64,000 nucleotides of DNA. Source: Eledone cirrhosa. Taxonomy: Eukaryota. The position numbers were made by a program, and so were the translations under genes. The DNA lies in contig OZ024754.1 in the NCBI GenBank assembly GCA_964016885.1, positions 41,044,001 through 41,108,000 of the forward strand. The letters run 5' to 3'. This document shows positions 13,264 to 25,630 of this stretch, in pieces. Below the pieces are notes generated by a model. That model had not been told where the DNA came from and did not search any database. It was given only the letters and a program-made list of their open reading frames with translations. Each line of letters starts with the position of its first letter. Position 1 is the stretch's first letter.

Positions 13264-13449
13264 AGCTTGTATGTCCTCGAACTTGTTATGGCATTCAGCT
13301 TCTTCAACTGTTACCAAAAGACAGTTCCACGGTGACCATACTTCTGCCTTATCCCATCGAATCCATATCAGGTCATAAAGATCCTTACAGTTACTGATGA
13401 CACTTTCACTGTTCCAGATCTTTTCAACAAGGTAATAAATGTCGGAATC
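13264..13449 (-). CDS. IQUB: IQUB exon
   Basis: DSDIYYLVEKIWNSESVISNCKDLYDLIWIRWDKAEVWSPWNCLLVTVEEAECH matches IQUB [24 protein letters not shown]. Confidence 0.93.
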
Positions 13450-13767
13450 CTAGATGAAACATAAACAGATGTAGAAATTTAAGTAGATAGAAATATCAAT
13501 AGGACAAAAGAGGTAGAACAGATGTAGCTATCTGTATAGATAGGACAACAGATGTAGACATATGTTTTCATGGGAAGGACAGCAATCAGCCGCTGATCTC
13601 TGTCCTTCGAGGTAATATTTTACCCAATGCCGCTTCAATGGTATTTTGCTGTTTTTACAGCTCCCAAACACTGAGTTTTTTCCATTTTCCTGAAAACAAA
13701 TAATGTTTTACCCAGTATATTTCAGGGGTAATACCCTCTTTTCAAATGTGATGATAATAATATTCAC

Positions 13768-14010
13768 CTGAATAAGAAAAGCAATGGTTGAGTTGTCTTT
13801 GAAGCGTTCTTCTCTTGCCCTGAGCGACTTGAGCATATATTTGTAGATGTTGAAGTCGATACGGAGGCGACCTTCATTATCTTTACTCTTACACATTTTA
13901 CATGGCCCAGGTACCTGAGCATTGACGTTCAATGGGAACTGACTGGACGAATAATATTTGTTGCAACTTGCACAGTAATACACTTTTTTGCTCTTTGACA
14001 ATGGTGGAAG
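13768..14010 (-). CDS. IQUB: IQUB exon (CxxC...CxxC segment)
   Basis: LPPLSKSKKVYYCASCNKYYSSSQF...CKMC...IAFLIQ; 243 nt phase 0-0. Confidence 0.9.
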
Positions 14011-14714
14011 CTAGAAAAGATGAGAAAATTAAGAAGAATTATTGTTCTTTGTCGATACCTGTGGAAATCTAAAATAAAGGTAGAGACCCTCTTTGGTCTC
14101 GAATAACCATGGGATTTGCACCTAGAAAGTTCCCCGTTCAGGCACAAGTCCGGGCAAGGATTGTTTGTGGAAGACAAGCAATCACCCATACATACCAATC
14201 TTCCCTCTCCACACCACCACTGTTGTCCAAAGGAAAGGCAATGGCTGATACAGCTTAGCACCAGTGACGTCACAACTCATATATACATAATTAATTATAT
14301 ATATATATATTTACAGCATATATAGTGGAGGCCTAGTGGTAAGGGTGTTGGACTTACAATAATAATGTCATGGGTTCAATTCCTGGACTGGGTTGTGTGT
14401 TGTTCTTGAGCAAAACACTTTATTTCACGTTGCTCCAGTATACTCAGCTGTAAATGAGTACCAACAATAGCTGGGTGATTAACACTGCAATGGACTGGTG
14501 TCCTGTCCAGGGGGAAGTCTAGTACTCTCAGTCACTTCACGCCATGAGACAGGGATAAGCACCAACCTAACGAGCCTTCTGGCTTACGACTTTAAGATCT
14601 TTAATAGTCTGTTTTGTTTTTATATAAACAGTTTTGTAAAATAAAACATTTCACGAGGAAAAAACTGACAGTAAAAAAAAAAAACAACTGAAAACTAAGA
14701 TGGATGTGACTGAC

Positions 14715-14891
14715 TGTAACAAATCTTGCAGCTTCTGGGTTAAAGATTGGTGTCTCGATATATTGTAGAAACAGAGTAGCAATTCTTTTACGTAGTCCAC
14801 TCAAACTGTTGTTTGATACACCTCTCATTAGAAGGTCAGCTTCGCGGTCAATCAGGCGGGAAATTCCATAGCACAGCCTACAGTTATGTTC
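14715..14891 (-). CDS. IQUB: IQUB exon
   Basis: EHNCRLCYGISRLIDREADLLMRGV...GLRKRIATLFLQYIETPIFNPEAARF. Confidence 0.93.
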
Positions 14892-15505
14892 CTGAAACAT
14901 TGTGTGTTTGTGTAGACATGTTAGACATTATATTTAAACCTTTACATTACTATTACTAGCAGAAAAACTACCCTTCGGGTGGTTTTTCTGCTAACATGTG
15001 TAGTGTGTATATTGATATTATACGCAAATATACCTGCATGTAGATATGATACACCAAATAAAATCATAATTGACAATATGCACAGAAATTGAAGAGAGAC
15101 TGTGTGACACTGTCTTCTGTAATCAGTAAAGTAATCCATGATACATTTAAAAAAGACGATATTATATATAAACTGGATTACGGTGAAATGTAATGAAAAA
15201 GAAAATTAGCGACAGAAATATAAACGTTATGATATAATTGTTTCTACTTTAGGCACAAGGCCAGCAATTACCCAGTGCATTACTGGTACTTTATTTTATC
15301 GACCCCGTAAGGATGAAAGGCAAAGTCAACCTCGGCGGGATTTGAACTCAGATCGTAAAGGGACGTAACTATGCTGTAAACCATGGCGTCCGACCCTCCA
15401 CTGATACTGCCAATCCACCGCCGTTATGATATAATGATGCAAGATAATAATCTTACATAACATGGAATCTATGAGATTTTGATGATGTTATTATTTATGA
15501 CTTTT

Positions 15506-15760
15506 GGAAACATTTTTTCATGCTCAGAGTTGCTGAAGCATGGAACAAACTCCCTGCATCAGTTGTTAGCTGCTGAGACACTACATCCTTTAAAACCTCC
15601 ATGCTTCCTGGAATTCACCAACACTATACCTAATATTCCCCCTCCATACACACTCACACATGTATATCATGATTCATACACTGTTCACTTCCCTGACATT
15701 TGTATATTATTCTATGTACTATACATGCACCTTTGATGAGTTGTAGTGCACCTGAGCCTT
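15506..15760 (+). mobile_element. CR1-like LINE 3' end fragment
   Basis: FFMLRVAEAWNKLPASVV...TSFK; same tail sequence recurs at about 62620-62820. Confidence 0.65.
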
Positions 15761-15819
15761 TATTTGAATTAACTAAAATTATGAATTATTTCATTACAAG
15801 GTTTGTAACTTGACACATG

Positions 15820-16560
15820 GATCATCATCATAATCACCATCTTCATCACTATCATCACCACCACCACCACCATCATCTCCACCACCATCATCATCATTAT
15901 CTCCACCACTACCATCATCACTTTCACCACCACCACTATCATCACCATCATCACCACCACCACCACCATCATCTCCACCACCACCATCATCTCCACCACT
16001 ACCATCATCACCATCTCCACCACTACCATCATCGCAATCACCATCATCACCACCACCACTATCATCTCCACCACCACCACCATCATCATCATCATTATCT
16101 TCACCATCACCACTACCATCATCGCAATCACCATCATCACTATCACCACCACCACTACCATCATCACCACCACCACCACCATCATCACCATCTCCACCAC
16201 TACCATCATCACTATCACCACCACCACTACCATCATCACCATCTCCACCACTACCATCATCATTATCACCACCACTACCATCTCCACCACCACTACCATC
16301 ATCATTATCACCACCACTACCATCATCATCATCACCACTACCATCATCACTATCACCACCACCACTACCATCATCACCATCTCCACCACTACCATCATCA
16401 TTATCACCACCACTACCATCATCACCATCTCCACCACCACTACCATCATCATTATCACCACCACTACCATCATCATCATCACCACTACCATCATCACTAT
16501 CACCACCACCACTACCATCATCATCATCATCATCACCACCACTATCATCATTGCCATCAT
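15820..16560. repeat. (CAT/CAC/TAC)n trinucleotide tract
   Basis: Direct inspection; intronic. Confidence 0.95.
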
Positions 16561-16611
16561 TAATCCTTGTGGCAAATAACAAATAATTGAAGTAAAGCTA
16601 ATTCTCCTTAC

Positions 16612-16785
16612 CTTCACTGTATATTTTAATGTCAGTAGAATATCAAGTCTTTCATCAAGGGTGACGTTGTTTATGATGAGGCTGTTATAAATCTCTTGAA
16701 GTTCTCTTGCTCTTATTGTATATGGTGTGTCAATTAATGTTACTTTTTTGTCATAACCGGAAATCATACTTCGTGGAGCAGCAGT
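16612..16785 (-). CDS. IQUB: IQUB exon
   Basis: TAAPRSMISGYDKKVTLIDTPYTIRARELQEIYNSL...ERLDILLTLKYTVK. Confidence 0.92.
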
Positions 16786-16844
16786 CTTTCAGGAAAAAAA
16801 GATAACAACAACAATAACAACAACAACAATAATAATTAATAATG

Positions 16845-17420
16845 ATTGTTTTTACTTTTGGCACAGGGCCAGCAATTATCCCAGTACATTACTGGTACAT
16901 ATAAGGATGAAAGGCAAAGTTAACCTTGGTGGGATTTGAACTGTCCGTAAAGGGACGTAACTCAGTGCTGCAAAGCATGGCGTCCTACCGATACTGCCAA
17001 TCCACCGCCCAATAATAATAATAATGGTTTCTACTATAGGCACAAGGCCAGCAATTTTGGGGGAGGGGAAAGTCGATTAAATCAACCCCCAGTGCGTGAC
17101 AGGTACTTTATTTTATCGACCCTGTAAGGAAGAAAGGCAAAGCTAACTTTGGCAGGATTTGAACTCAGAACGTAAGGAACTGTAACTCTATGCCACGAAG
17201 CATGGTGTCCAATACTGTAATGATACTGCCAATCTATAATTGTTTCTATTCTAGGCACAAGGCCAGTACATTACTGGTACTTTATTTTATCGACCCCGTA
17301 AGGATGAAAGGCAAAGTTAACCTCGGCGGGATTTGAACTCAGATCATAAAGGGACGTAACTCTATGCTTCAAAGCATGGTGTCCGACTCTCTACCGATAC
17401 TGCCAATCTATAATGATTTC
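16845..17420 (-). mobile_element. Cluster of 3-4 tRNA-derived SINE (family 1) copies
   Basis: B box gagttcaaatcc, conserved ctttgcctttcatcc...aaataaagtaccag...gctggccttgtgcc; other copies about 191, 10888, 15237, 22132, 27225, 31327, 33785-34272, 46575. Confidence 0.82.
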
Positions 17421-17537
17421 TTTATTAGCCACGCAGGACTCACATTAAGGACGGCACAAAACTCCCAAAACCTCCAATGAAATACCTCATAGGAGACCAG
17501 CTAAACCCACATAGGTGTTTAGCTGAAGTATACTTAA

Positions 17538-17817
17538 CCCTTTAGCATTTACATTACTCTATAAATATACTATTGTATTTTATCACAGTAGGGGCTTTAT
17601 CTCTCATAATATCGAATCTATGAGATTTCGATGTTATTTATTTTGAGAACAATTCCTTAACATCTGTATGAGTGGTCAGTTAGAGCTGGTTTGAACAGAA
17701 AGAGGTGAGAAAATTCTGGTCGGTTTGAACAGAAAGAGGTGAGAAAATTCTGGTCGGTTTGAACAGAAAGAGGTGAGAAAATTCTGGCCGGATATAGCCA
17801 GTTTAAATGCTAAAGGG
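17538..17817. mobile_element. piggyBac-type MITE with TTAA TSD
   Basis: Perfect 14-bp TIR ccctttagcattta/taaatgctaaaggg, TTAA at 17534-37 and 17818-21; internal 35-bp triplication. Confidence 0.85.
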
Positions 17818-18284
17818 TTAAGCTGCCTCGATTCTCTATTGATGACAGAGAGGATATCATTAAGTATGATATAAATTGGTCAGCTGCGTGTTTACGTTTA
17901 GTAATAAGTTCCATAGTTGATGAAAGAATCTGAAAGCATATTTAAACTTGTAATAAGAGTTTATTCTCTTTAAAACGAATTAACACATAGTTTCACCGTG
18001 AAGTAAGCTGCATAAGAATCAGTAATGAGTTGCATAGGTCCTCTCGGGATAAAACCTGGAATGCAACTGGTCTGAATAGATATTTAAGTGCGAATTCCCC
18101 TACTGGGCGGAAGTAACTGCTTGGTATTCCAACGCCACCGACTTAAAGGACTGCCGACTGACCAAGCACAACCCAATTATTCTGCCATGATAAGGTAGTG
18201 CCATTGCTTACTACAGGTATAAGCTGTAAACTTCATTTTTCATAAGTTATGGCCAAACAATGACATGAGAGTAAATATACTAAC

Positions 18285-18460
18285 CTTATCAAGAAATGTT
18301 TGTATTTTCTTCTCCGACATAACCTCATCAGCAATGGCTTGGTGTCTACCAATGGCTGCTAAATGTTCCATCTCTTTGTTCAACAACATATACAGGGCTG
18401 CTTTACGTTCAGCCCCAGTAAGAGTCTCGTTTATTTTAGCAATTTCTTGCAGACGCCATT
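18285..18460 (-). CDS. IQUB: IQUB exon
   Basis: WRLQEIAKINETLTGAERKAALYMLLNKEMEHLAAIGRH matches IQUB AERKAALCELLEKE. Confidence 0.93.
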
Positions 18461-19210
18461 CTAACACAATTCAAATAAAGAACCAGGTATCAAAATGTGA
18501 ATAACCATAAAACCTTTTCTAACATCTTTTCCAGATATTTCATTTTATATTCCATTTTTTTCCATTGTTTTAACTCTTCCACATTAACAAGACATTCTTA
18601 GAAAAGTACAAAACATTCGTATCACTACATCACATTAACTCTTAACATCCTGTACCACATGAAACCACATTAACTCTTAATGTGGTTTCATGTGGTACAG
18701 GACGTTAACTCTAAACGTCCTGTACCAAATGAAACCACATTAGCAAGACATTCTTAGAAATGTACATAACAGCACTATGACTGCATCACATTGAAAATGA
18801 AAGACTTTTACTTTAATTCTGCACATTTTCCCAACAATCTGTCCACTAGTAAAGATACTATAAATAATTGAATTAACAAATTTCTGCCATGATGCTCTCA
18901 CATGTGTGTGTGTATGTGTATGTTTGTGTGTGTGTGTATGTGTGCATGCATGTGTATATGTATGTTTCTGTGTGTATGTGTGCATGCATGTGTATCATCA
19001 TCATCATGATCATCGTTTAACGTCTATCTTCCACGCTAGCATGGGTTTAGACGGTATATGTGTGTGTGTGTGTGTGTTTGTTTCTGTGTGTATGTGTGCA
19101 TGCATGTGTATATATATATGTGTGTGTGTTTGTGTATGTATGTATGTTTCTGTGTATATGTGTGTATGATATTTCTTGATACAATAAACAAGCGTTGTTA
19201 ACTCACTCAC

Positions 19211-19421
19211 TTTCCAGTGCTTCATATAAAGTATTGAAATCTTTCCTGCTGCGCGGACACTGTCTACGCTGGAACTCAGCCTTAATTCTATTTTCCTTAT
19301 CCAGCTTCCTATTCAGAGCTTCCTCCTTGTCAAACATTATCTTCTTTTCTTTCTGTTTTCTGACTGACATCACATATTTCCAGGCGAGATAACGACGTGT
19401 GTGCTTTTGAAGTATAATCAC
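19211..19421 (-). CDS. IQUB: IQUB exon containing the IQ motif
   Basis: VIILQKHTRRYLAWKYV (IQ-like) ... RRQCPRSRKDFNTLYEALE. Confidence 0.92.
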
Positions 19422-19504
19422 CTTTAATGGAAACAAGAGCAAACGATGACCTTAATGAAAGGAAGAACCTATACTATAAAGAGTCTCTTTACTTAACCAT
19501 GATC

Positions 19505-20220
19505 TTCATCACATCCACTTTTCCATGTTTACATGGGTTGGACAGGTCCTTTTTATCACAGCATGTCTCCACTTGTAATATTCCTTCATCATCTCCTCTG
19601 TGTGCCTCAGTGATTTGAGATCAGTTCTCACTCCCTCCACCCAGGTCTTCCTTGGTCTACCTCTACTGTAGCTCCCTTCCATTGTGATATCCTGCCACTT
19701 CTTCACCAAATGATCATCATCTATACACATCACATGTCCATACCAAAGCCTCACTCCCTCCACCCAGGTCTTCCTTGGTCTACCTCTACTGTAGCTCCCT
19801 TCCATTGGGATTTCCTGCCACTTCTTCACCAAATGATCATCATCTATACACATCACATGTCCATACCAAAGCCTCACTCCCTCCACCCAGGTCTTCCTTG
19901 GTCTACCTCTACTGTAGCTCCCTTCCATTGTGATTTCCTGCCACTTCTTCACCAAATGATCATCATCTATACACATCACATGTCCATACCAAAGCAGTCT
20001 TCTCTCTTGCATACCACATCTGATTCCTCTTAAACCCAGTTTCTCTCTCAGTTCATCCAAGCCTCTGCCTTTCTCTCACATTTACATTACACATCCAACG
20101 AAGCATGGTTGCTTCATTTCTCTCCAGTCTATACATGCTCTTGGCAATCACAGCCCTTCTTTCATTACCATGCAGCATCACATTTCACACACAGGCATCA
20201 TAGAACCATCTCTTTAGCTC
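19505..20220 (-). mobile_element. RTE LINE 3' fragment with internal 123-bp triplication
   Basis: RRLLWYGHVMCIDDDHLVKK...GSYSRGRPRKTW repeated three times; RTE-type tail. Confidence 0.85.
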
Positions 20221-20427
20221 TGGGTTTAGGACGGGACGGTGTTTGGGCAGCGATCATATCCTAGAAATAAAAGTTTATTTATTGTAAAAAAAACAGGATA
20301 ATTGTTTTTGTATATTATTTTACCTGGCACAAGGCCAGCAATTACCCAGTGCATTACTAAAATAAAGTACCAGTAATGCACTGGGTAATTGCTGGCCTTG
20401 TGCCAAAAGTAGAAACAATTATTTTAC

Positions 20428-20759
20428 CTTTTCTAGCATTGAGTCTTCATTTTGTTTTGCAGAGACATATTTCCCAGGAGTTTTAAGTTTATTTCCTGTC
20501 AGAGACACATAACAACCAATTTTAGTCATTTGTGTTGATGCATCTTGAGGAGTTTGAATTATTTGGTTAGAGAACTGTCTTGTTTGGGTGTCTCGGGTAA
20601 ACAATTCTTTCTTGGGCCAGGTTAGTGGGATAGGTTTGGTTTGAGACGAGGCATTATGAAACTCCGAACAAGTGACTTTATTTCGATAACCACCAAGGTA
20701 TGGTTTTGTTCTAGTTGGTTGCAGAACTTCCACTATCACTGTTTCGTCTTCTCCTTTTC
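20428..20759 (-). CDS. IQUB: IQUB exon
   Basis: KPYLGGYRNKVTCSEFHNASSQT...RDTQT...STQMTKIGCYVS, a hallmark IQUB segment. Confidence 0.94.
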
Positions 20760-21013
20760 CTACAGTGATATAACAAAAACATTTTATTAGTTACTGAAGG
20801 GCAGTGGATCGGCGGTAATCGGTAGAATGCCGGACATCATGTTTTGTGGCATATACTTATATATGTACTTAACTTTAACATTATATATATATATAATGAG
20901 ACCATTAAATATATATAGTGAGACATGGGCACTGTGTAATAGTAATATACGCAAACCCTAACCCTAACCCTAACCCGTGGAAAGTATGGAAAAAAGACAC
21001 AAAATGGTGATGG

Positions 21014-21072
<59 letters not shown>

Positions 21073-21242
21073 GTAGTGGTGGTGGTGTCGGTAGTGGTGA
21101 TGATGATGATCATCATCATGTTATTAATACAGCTAATATCTTTTCACCGACATAAAATTAATTTAAACTAGCATTTTAATTAGCTTATTAAATTTGACTA
21201 AGAGATATACAGCAATGACAAAATCCCTGGTCTCCAACTTAC

Positions 21243-21404
21243 GGTTAATAATATCAATTGACAATAAATCTGGTATATAAGAATCTCTTCGGTAATTTTC
21301 TAAAGGAAAGTGTTCAGGATCTCTAGATTCTAACTTCACATGAACAGTTCCATTTGGTTCAATACCAAGGTCAACCATTCGTGTTTCATTCGACAGTACT
21401 TTAT
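21243..21404 (-). CDS. IQUB: IQUB exon (ubiquitin-like domain, C-terminal half)
   Basis: KVLSNETRMVDLGIEPNGTVHVKLESRDPEHFPL; phase 1-1. Confidence 0.9.
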
Positions 21405-21843
21405 CTAAAAATTAAATAAAATGAGTAGAGTGAAATACCACAAATTACCAAACAGTTAATTACTTATTTTATGTCCAGTTATATTGTTTATTGTTTGAAT
21501 ATAATGAAGGATTTAGTAATATAGCTGACTTTCTTACAAAATCAGAAAACAGTTCAGCTCCCATGACTGCTGGAAACATTTTTTCACGCTCCTCCTCAAA
21601 TTCACCAGCTTACAGATGCATGACCAGAGTAGGCTCACTCCCATGGTCCATTCTTGCCACATTCACCCACCTTTCAGCAAATATACTGGGGTGGGTAGCA
21701 CTTCTTTCTCCACCCTCACCTTCCCTTCCAAGTGAAATTTTGCCCACCTAAGAATTTTGTACCCTTGGCAACCACTGCTGTTACCCTGGGTACACTATGA
21801 CACTGGTGTATACATATGGGGCAAAAGTATTGAAGAACCTTAC

Positions 21844-21978
21844 CTTTCAATTTCATCTTGAGTATAATTGGTTCAATTTTCAACCTCCTGGAAAACCATT
21901 CTTTTATCTGCCAAACTGTCTCCCGGAGTTCACTGGTCACGGTCACCAGTTCATTTCGAGGAACAAGTAAAAGTTTTA
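21844..21978 (-). CDS. IQUB: IQUB exon (ubiquitin-like domain, N-terminal half)
   Basis: VKLLLVPRNELVTVTSELRETVWQIKEWFSRRLKIEPIILKMKLK; phase 1-1. Confidence 0.88.
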
Positions 21979-22884
21979 CTAATCATGGAGAGAAAATACA
22001 ATTTGGGAATAAAAAATGGTAAAAATCTCATGATGTATATACAAAACACAAACACACACACACACATATCATCATCATCATCATCATCATCATTATCATT
22101 TTACGTCTATATATATATATATACACAAATAATTGTTTCTACTTTAGGCACAAGGCCAGCAATTACCCAGTGCATTACTGGTACTTTATTTTATCGACCC
22201 CGTAAGGATGAAAGGCAAAGTCAACCTCTGCGGGATTTGAACTCGGATTGTAAAGGGACGTAACTATGCTGGAAAGCATGGCGTCCGACCCTCTACCGAT
22301 ACTGCCAATCCACCACACAAATAATATGGATATATCATCATCATCATCATCATCACCGTTTTACGTCCGTTCTTCCACGCTAGCAGGGGTTAGACGGGTT
22401 GTCCTGTTGTGGGCAGTGTCTGGTCGGCTGACCATGCCATGCTCATACAGGAACTGTATATATTATAATTATATATATATATATAGATATATATAATGAT
22501 AGTGAGTATAATCGAAGTTGCAGAGCCACAAAGCACTCAATAAGACAATATCAATAAACACACATGCACACACACATCATCATCATTTTACGTCCACTTT
22601 TCCCTGCTTGCAAGGCTGGGACGGGAACTGATTCTGGCATGATTTCTACAGCTGGATGCCCTTCCTAACACCAACCTCATTTACAGTGAGTGCTGGGTGC
22701 TTTTTTTCTGTGGCACCTCCACGACCACTTTGCAGTGGAATGATAGGGACCCCAGTCCCTATCATCTCATTTCTACAGCTGAGTATATATATACATACAT
22801 ACATACATATTTATATATACACACACACACATATACATACATATATATATATATATATATACATACATATATATATATATATAT

Positions 22885-22925
<41 letters not shown>

Positions 22926-23242
22926 CATATATATATATATATATATAAAAACAAATAACGAAACGAAATTAAATTTCGTTTCGTTTGTAACTCACTTTTG
23001 TATGACTGACGCTCAAACAATTAAGTCAAAGATGTACATCCATATATGTATACTGAAATACTAGTATGTATATGAATACACACACGTATACATATGTAGA
23101 TGTACCAAGTTTTTTTTCACTGATCACTTTACTGTGAGTGGCCAGCTATTCTGTATGTAAACACACAGACAAACCGGTTTTTAGAGTCATACTGGTTTTT
23201 GAGGAAACACCTTTCCTCTATTCTCCAGAAAGCCAGACAAGG

Positions 23243-23287
23243 AATATTGAACTAGTTTCGTTGTTGTTACAACTCATCAGCAATATT
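23243..23287 (-). ncRNA. Minimal type I hammerhead ribozyme (family A, copy 1)
   Basis: aatattg-CTGATGA-gttgt(aaca)acaac-GAA-ACTAGT-T-caatatt. Confidence 0.82.
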
Positions 23288-23711
23288 TACCTATCTTCCG
23301 GCCTCTCTAGAGAATCGTAAAAGCACATATCGCTATATGCTTTTTCTATGAAAATTAGTAGTGGGCAGACCAACTTGCATAGAGTGTGAGTAAGTACCGG
23401 TTCAACGGAGACGATAAAAACAAATAACGAAACGAAATTAAATTTCGTTTCGTTTGTAACTCACTTTTGTATGACTGACGCTCAAACAATTAAGTCAAAG
23501 ATGTACATCCATATATGTATACTGAAATACTAGTATGTATATGAATACACACACGTATACATATGTAGATGTACCAAGTTTTTTTTCACTGATCACTTTA
23601 CTGTGAGTGGCCAGCTATTCTGTATGTAAACACACAGACAAACCGGTTTTTAGAGTCATACTGGTTTTTGAGGAAACACCTTTCCTCTATTCTCCAGAAA
23701 GCCAGACAAGG

Positions 23712-23756
23712 AATATTGAACTAGTTTCGTTGTTGTTACAACTCATCAGCAATATT
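23712..23756 (-). ncRNA. Minimal type I hammerhead ribozyme (family A, copy 2)
   Basis: Identical to copy 1, +469 bp. Confidence 0.82.
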
Positions 23757-24180
23757 TACCTATCTTCCGGCCTCTCTAGAGAATCGTAAAAGCACATATC
23801 GCTATATGCTTTTTCTATGAAAATTAGTAGTGGGCAGACCAACTTGCATAGAGTGTGAGTAAGTACCGGTTCAACGGAGACGATAAAAACAAATAACGAA
23901 ACGAAATTAAATTTCGTTTCGTTTGTAACTCACTTTTGTATGACTGACGCTCAAACAATTAAGTCAAAGATGTACATCCATATATGTATACTGAAATACT
24001 AGTATGTATATGAATACACACACGTATACATATGTAGATGTACCAAGTTTTTTTTCACTGATCACTTTACTGTGAGTGGCCAGCTATTCTGTATGTAAAC
24101 ACACAGACAAACCGGTTTTTAGAGTCATACTGGTTTTTGAGGAAACACCTTTCCTCTATTCTCCAGAAAGCCAGACAAGG

Positions 24181-24225
24181 AATATTGAACTAGTTTCGTT
24201 GTTGTTACAACTCATCAGCAATATT
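24181..24225 (-). ncRNA. Minimal type I hammerhead ribozyme (family A, copy 3)
   Basis: Identical to copy 1, +938 bp. Confidence 0.82.
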
Positions 24226-24734
24226 TACCTATCTTCCGGCCTCTCTAGAGAATCGTAAAAGCACATATCGCTATATGCTTTTTCTATGAAAATTAGTAGT
24301 GGGCAGACCAACTTGCATAGAGTGTGAGTAAGTACCGGTTCAACGGAGACGATAAAAACAAATAACGAAACGAAATTAAATTTCGTTTCGTTTGTAACTC
24401 ACTTTTGTATGACTGACGCTCAAACAATTAAGTCAAAGATGTACATCCATATATGTATACTGAAATACTAGTATGTATATGAATACACACACGTATACAT
24501 ATGTAGATGTACCAAGTTTTTTTTCACTGATCACTTTACTGTGAGTGGCCAGCTATTCTGTATGTAAACACACAGACAAACCGGTTTTTAGAGTCATACT
24601 GGTTTTTGAGGAAACACCTTTCCTCTATTCTCCAGAAAGCCAGACAAGGAATATTGAACTAGTTTCGTTGTTGTAGAAAAAGCATATAGCGATATGTGCT
24701 TTTACGATTCTCTAGAGAGGCCGGAAGATAGGTA

Positions 24735-24779
24735 AATATTGCTGATGAGTTGTAACAACAACGAAACTAGTTCAATATT
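24735..24779 (+). ncRNA. Minimal type I hammerhead ribozyme (family A, inverted copy)
   Basis: CTGATGA at 24742-24748, GAAA at 24763-24766, predicted cleavage after 24772. Confidence 0.82.
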
Positions 24780-25050
24780 CCTTGTCTGGCTTTCTGGAGA
24801 ATAGAGGAAAGGTGTTTCCTCAAAAACCAGTATGACTCTAAAAACCGGTTTGTCTGTGTGTTTACATACAGAATAGCTGGCCACTCACAGTAAAGTGATC
24901 AGTGAAAAAAAACTTGGTACATCTACATATGTATACGTGTGTGTATTCATATACATACTAGTATTTCAGTATACATATATGGATGTACATCTTTGACTTA
25001 ATTGTTTATATATATATACATATATATATATATATGTCTATATGTGTGTG

Positions 25051-25110
<60 letters not shown>

Positions 25111-25302
25111 CATACATATATATATATATATATGTCTATATGTGTGTGTATATATATATATATGTATATATATATATGTATATATATATATATACACACA
25201 TATAGACATATATATATATACATATATATATAGACATATATATATATATATAATATGGCTATATGAGTGTATGTATATATATATAATATGGCTATATGAG
25301 TG

Positions 25303-25346
<44 letters not shown>

Positions 25347-25450
25347 GACATATATATATATACATATATATATACACATATAGATATATATATATATAAT
25401 ATGGTTATATGAGTGTATGTATATATATATATAATATGGCTATATGAGTG

Positions 25451-25490
<40 letters not shown>

Positions 25491-25588
25491 TATGTACGAG
25501 CGAGACACGACCTCCCGACCATTCCCGCATCAAATCGAACAAAACCGTCTAACCCATGCTAGCGTGGAAGATGGACGTTAAACGATGA

Positions 25589-25630
<42 letters not shown>

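Larger units (their letters stand above)
22945..25007 (-). mobile_element. 469-bp tandem array (about 3.7 copies, 22945-24674) plus inverted partial copy (24674-25007); retrozyme / non-autonomous Penelope-like element
   Basis: Identical 60-aa ORFs spaced exactly 469 bp; one hammerhead per full unit; flanked by (TA)n. Confidence 0.8.

Noticed and set aside
15794-16582. Poly-His and Asp-Gly ORFs
   Set aside because: Intronic trinucleotide tract downstream of the IQUB donor at 16611.
20954-20976. Telomeric (CCCTAA)n
   Set aside because: Under four units; too short to call a telomere or fusion site.
23138-23320. Four copies of a 60-aa ORF
   Set aside because: GTG start, no recognisable homology; by-product of the 469-bp repeat, antisense to the ribozyme.
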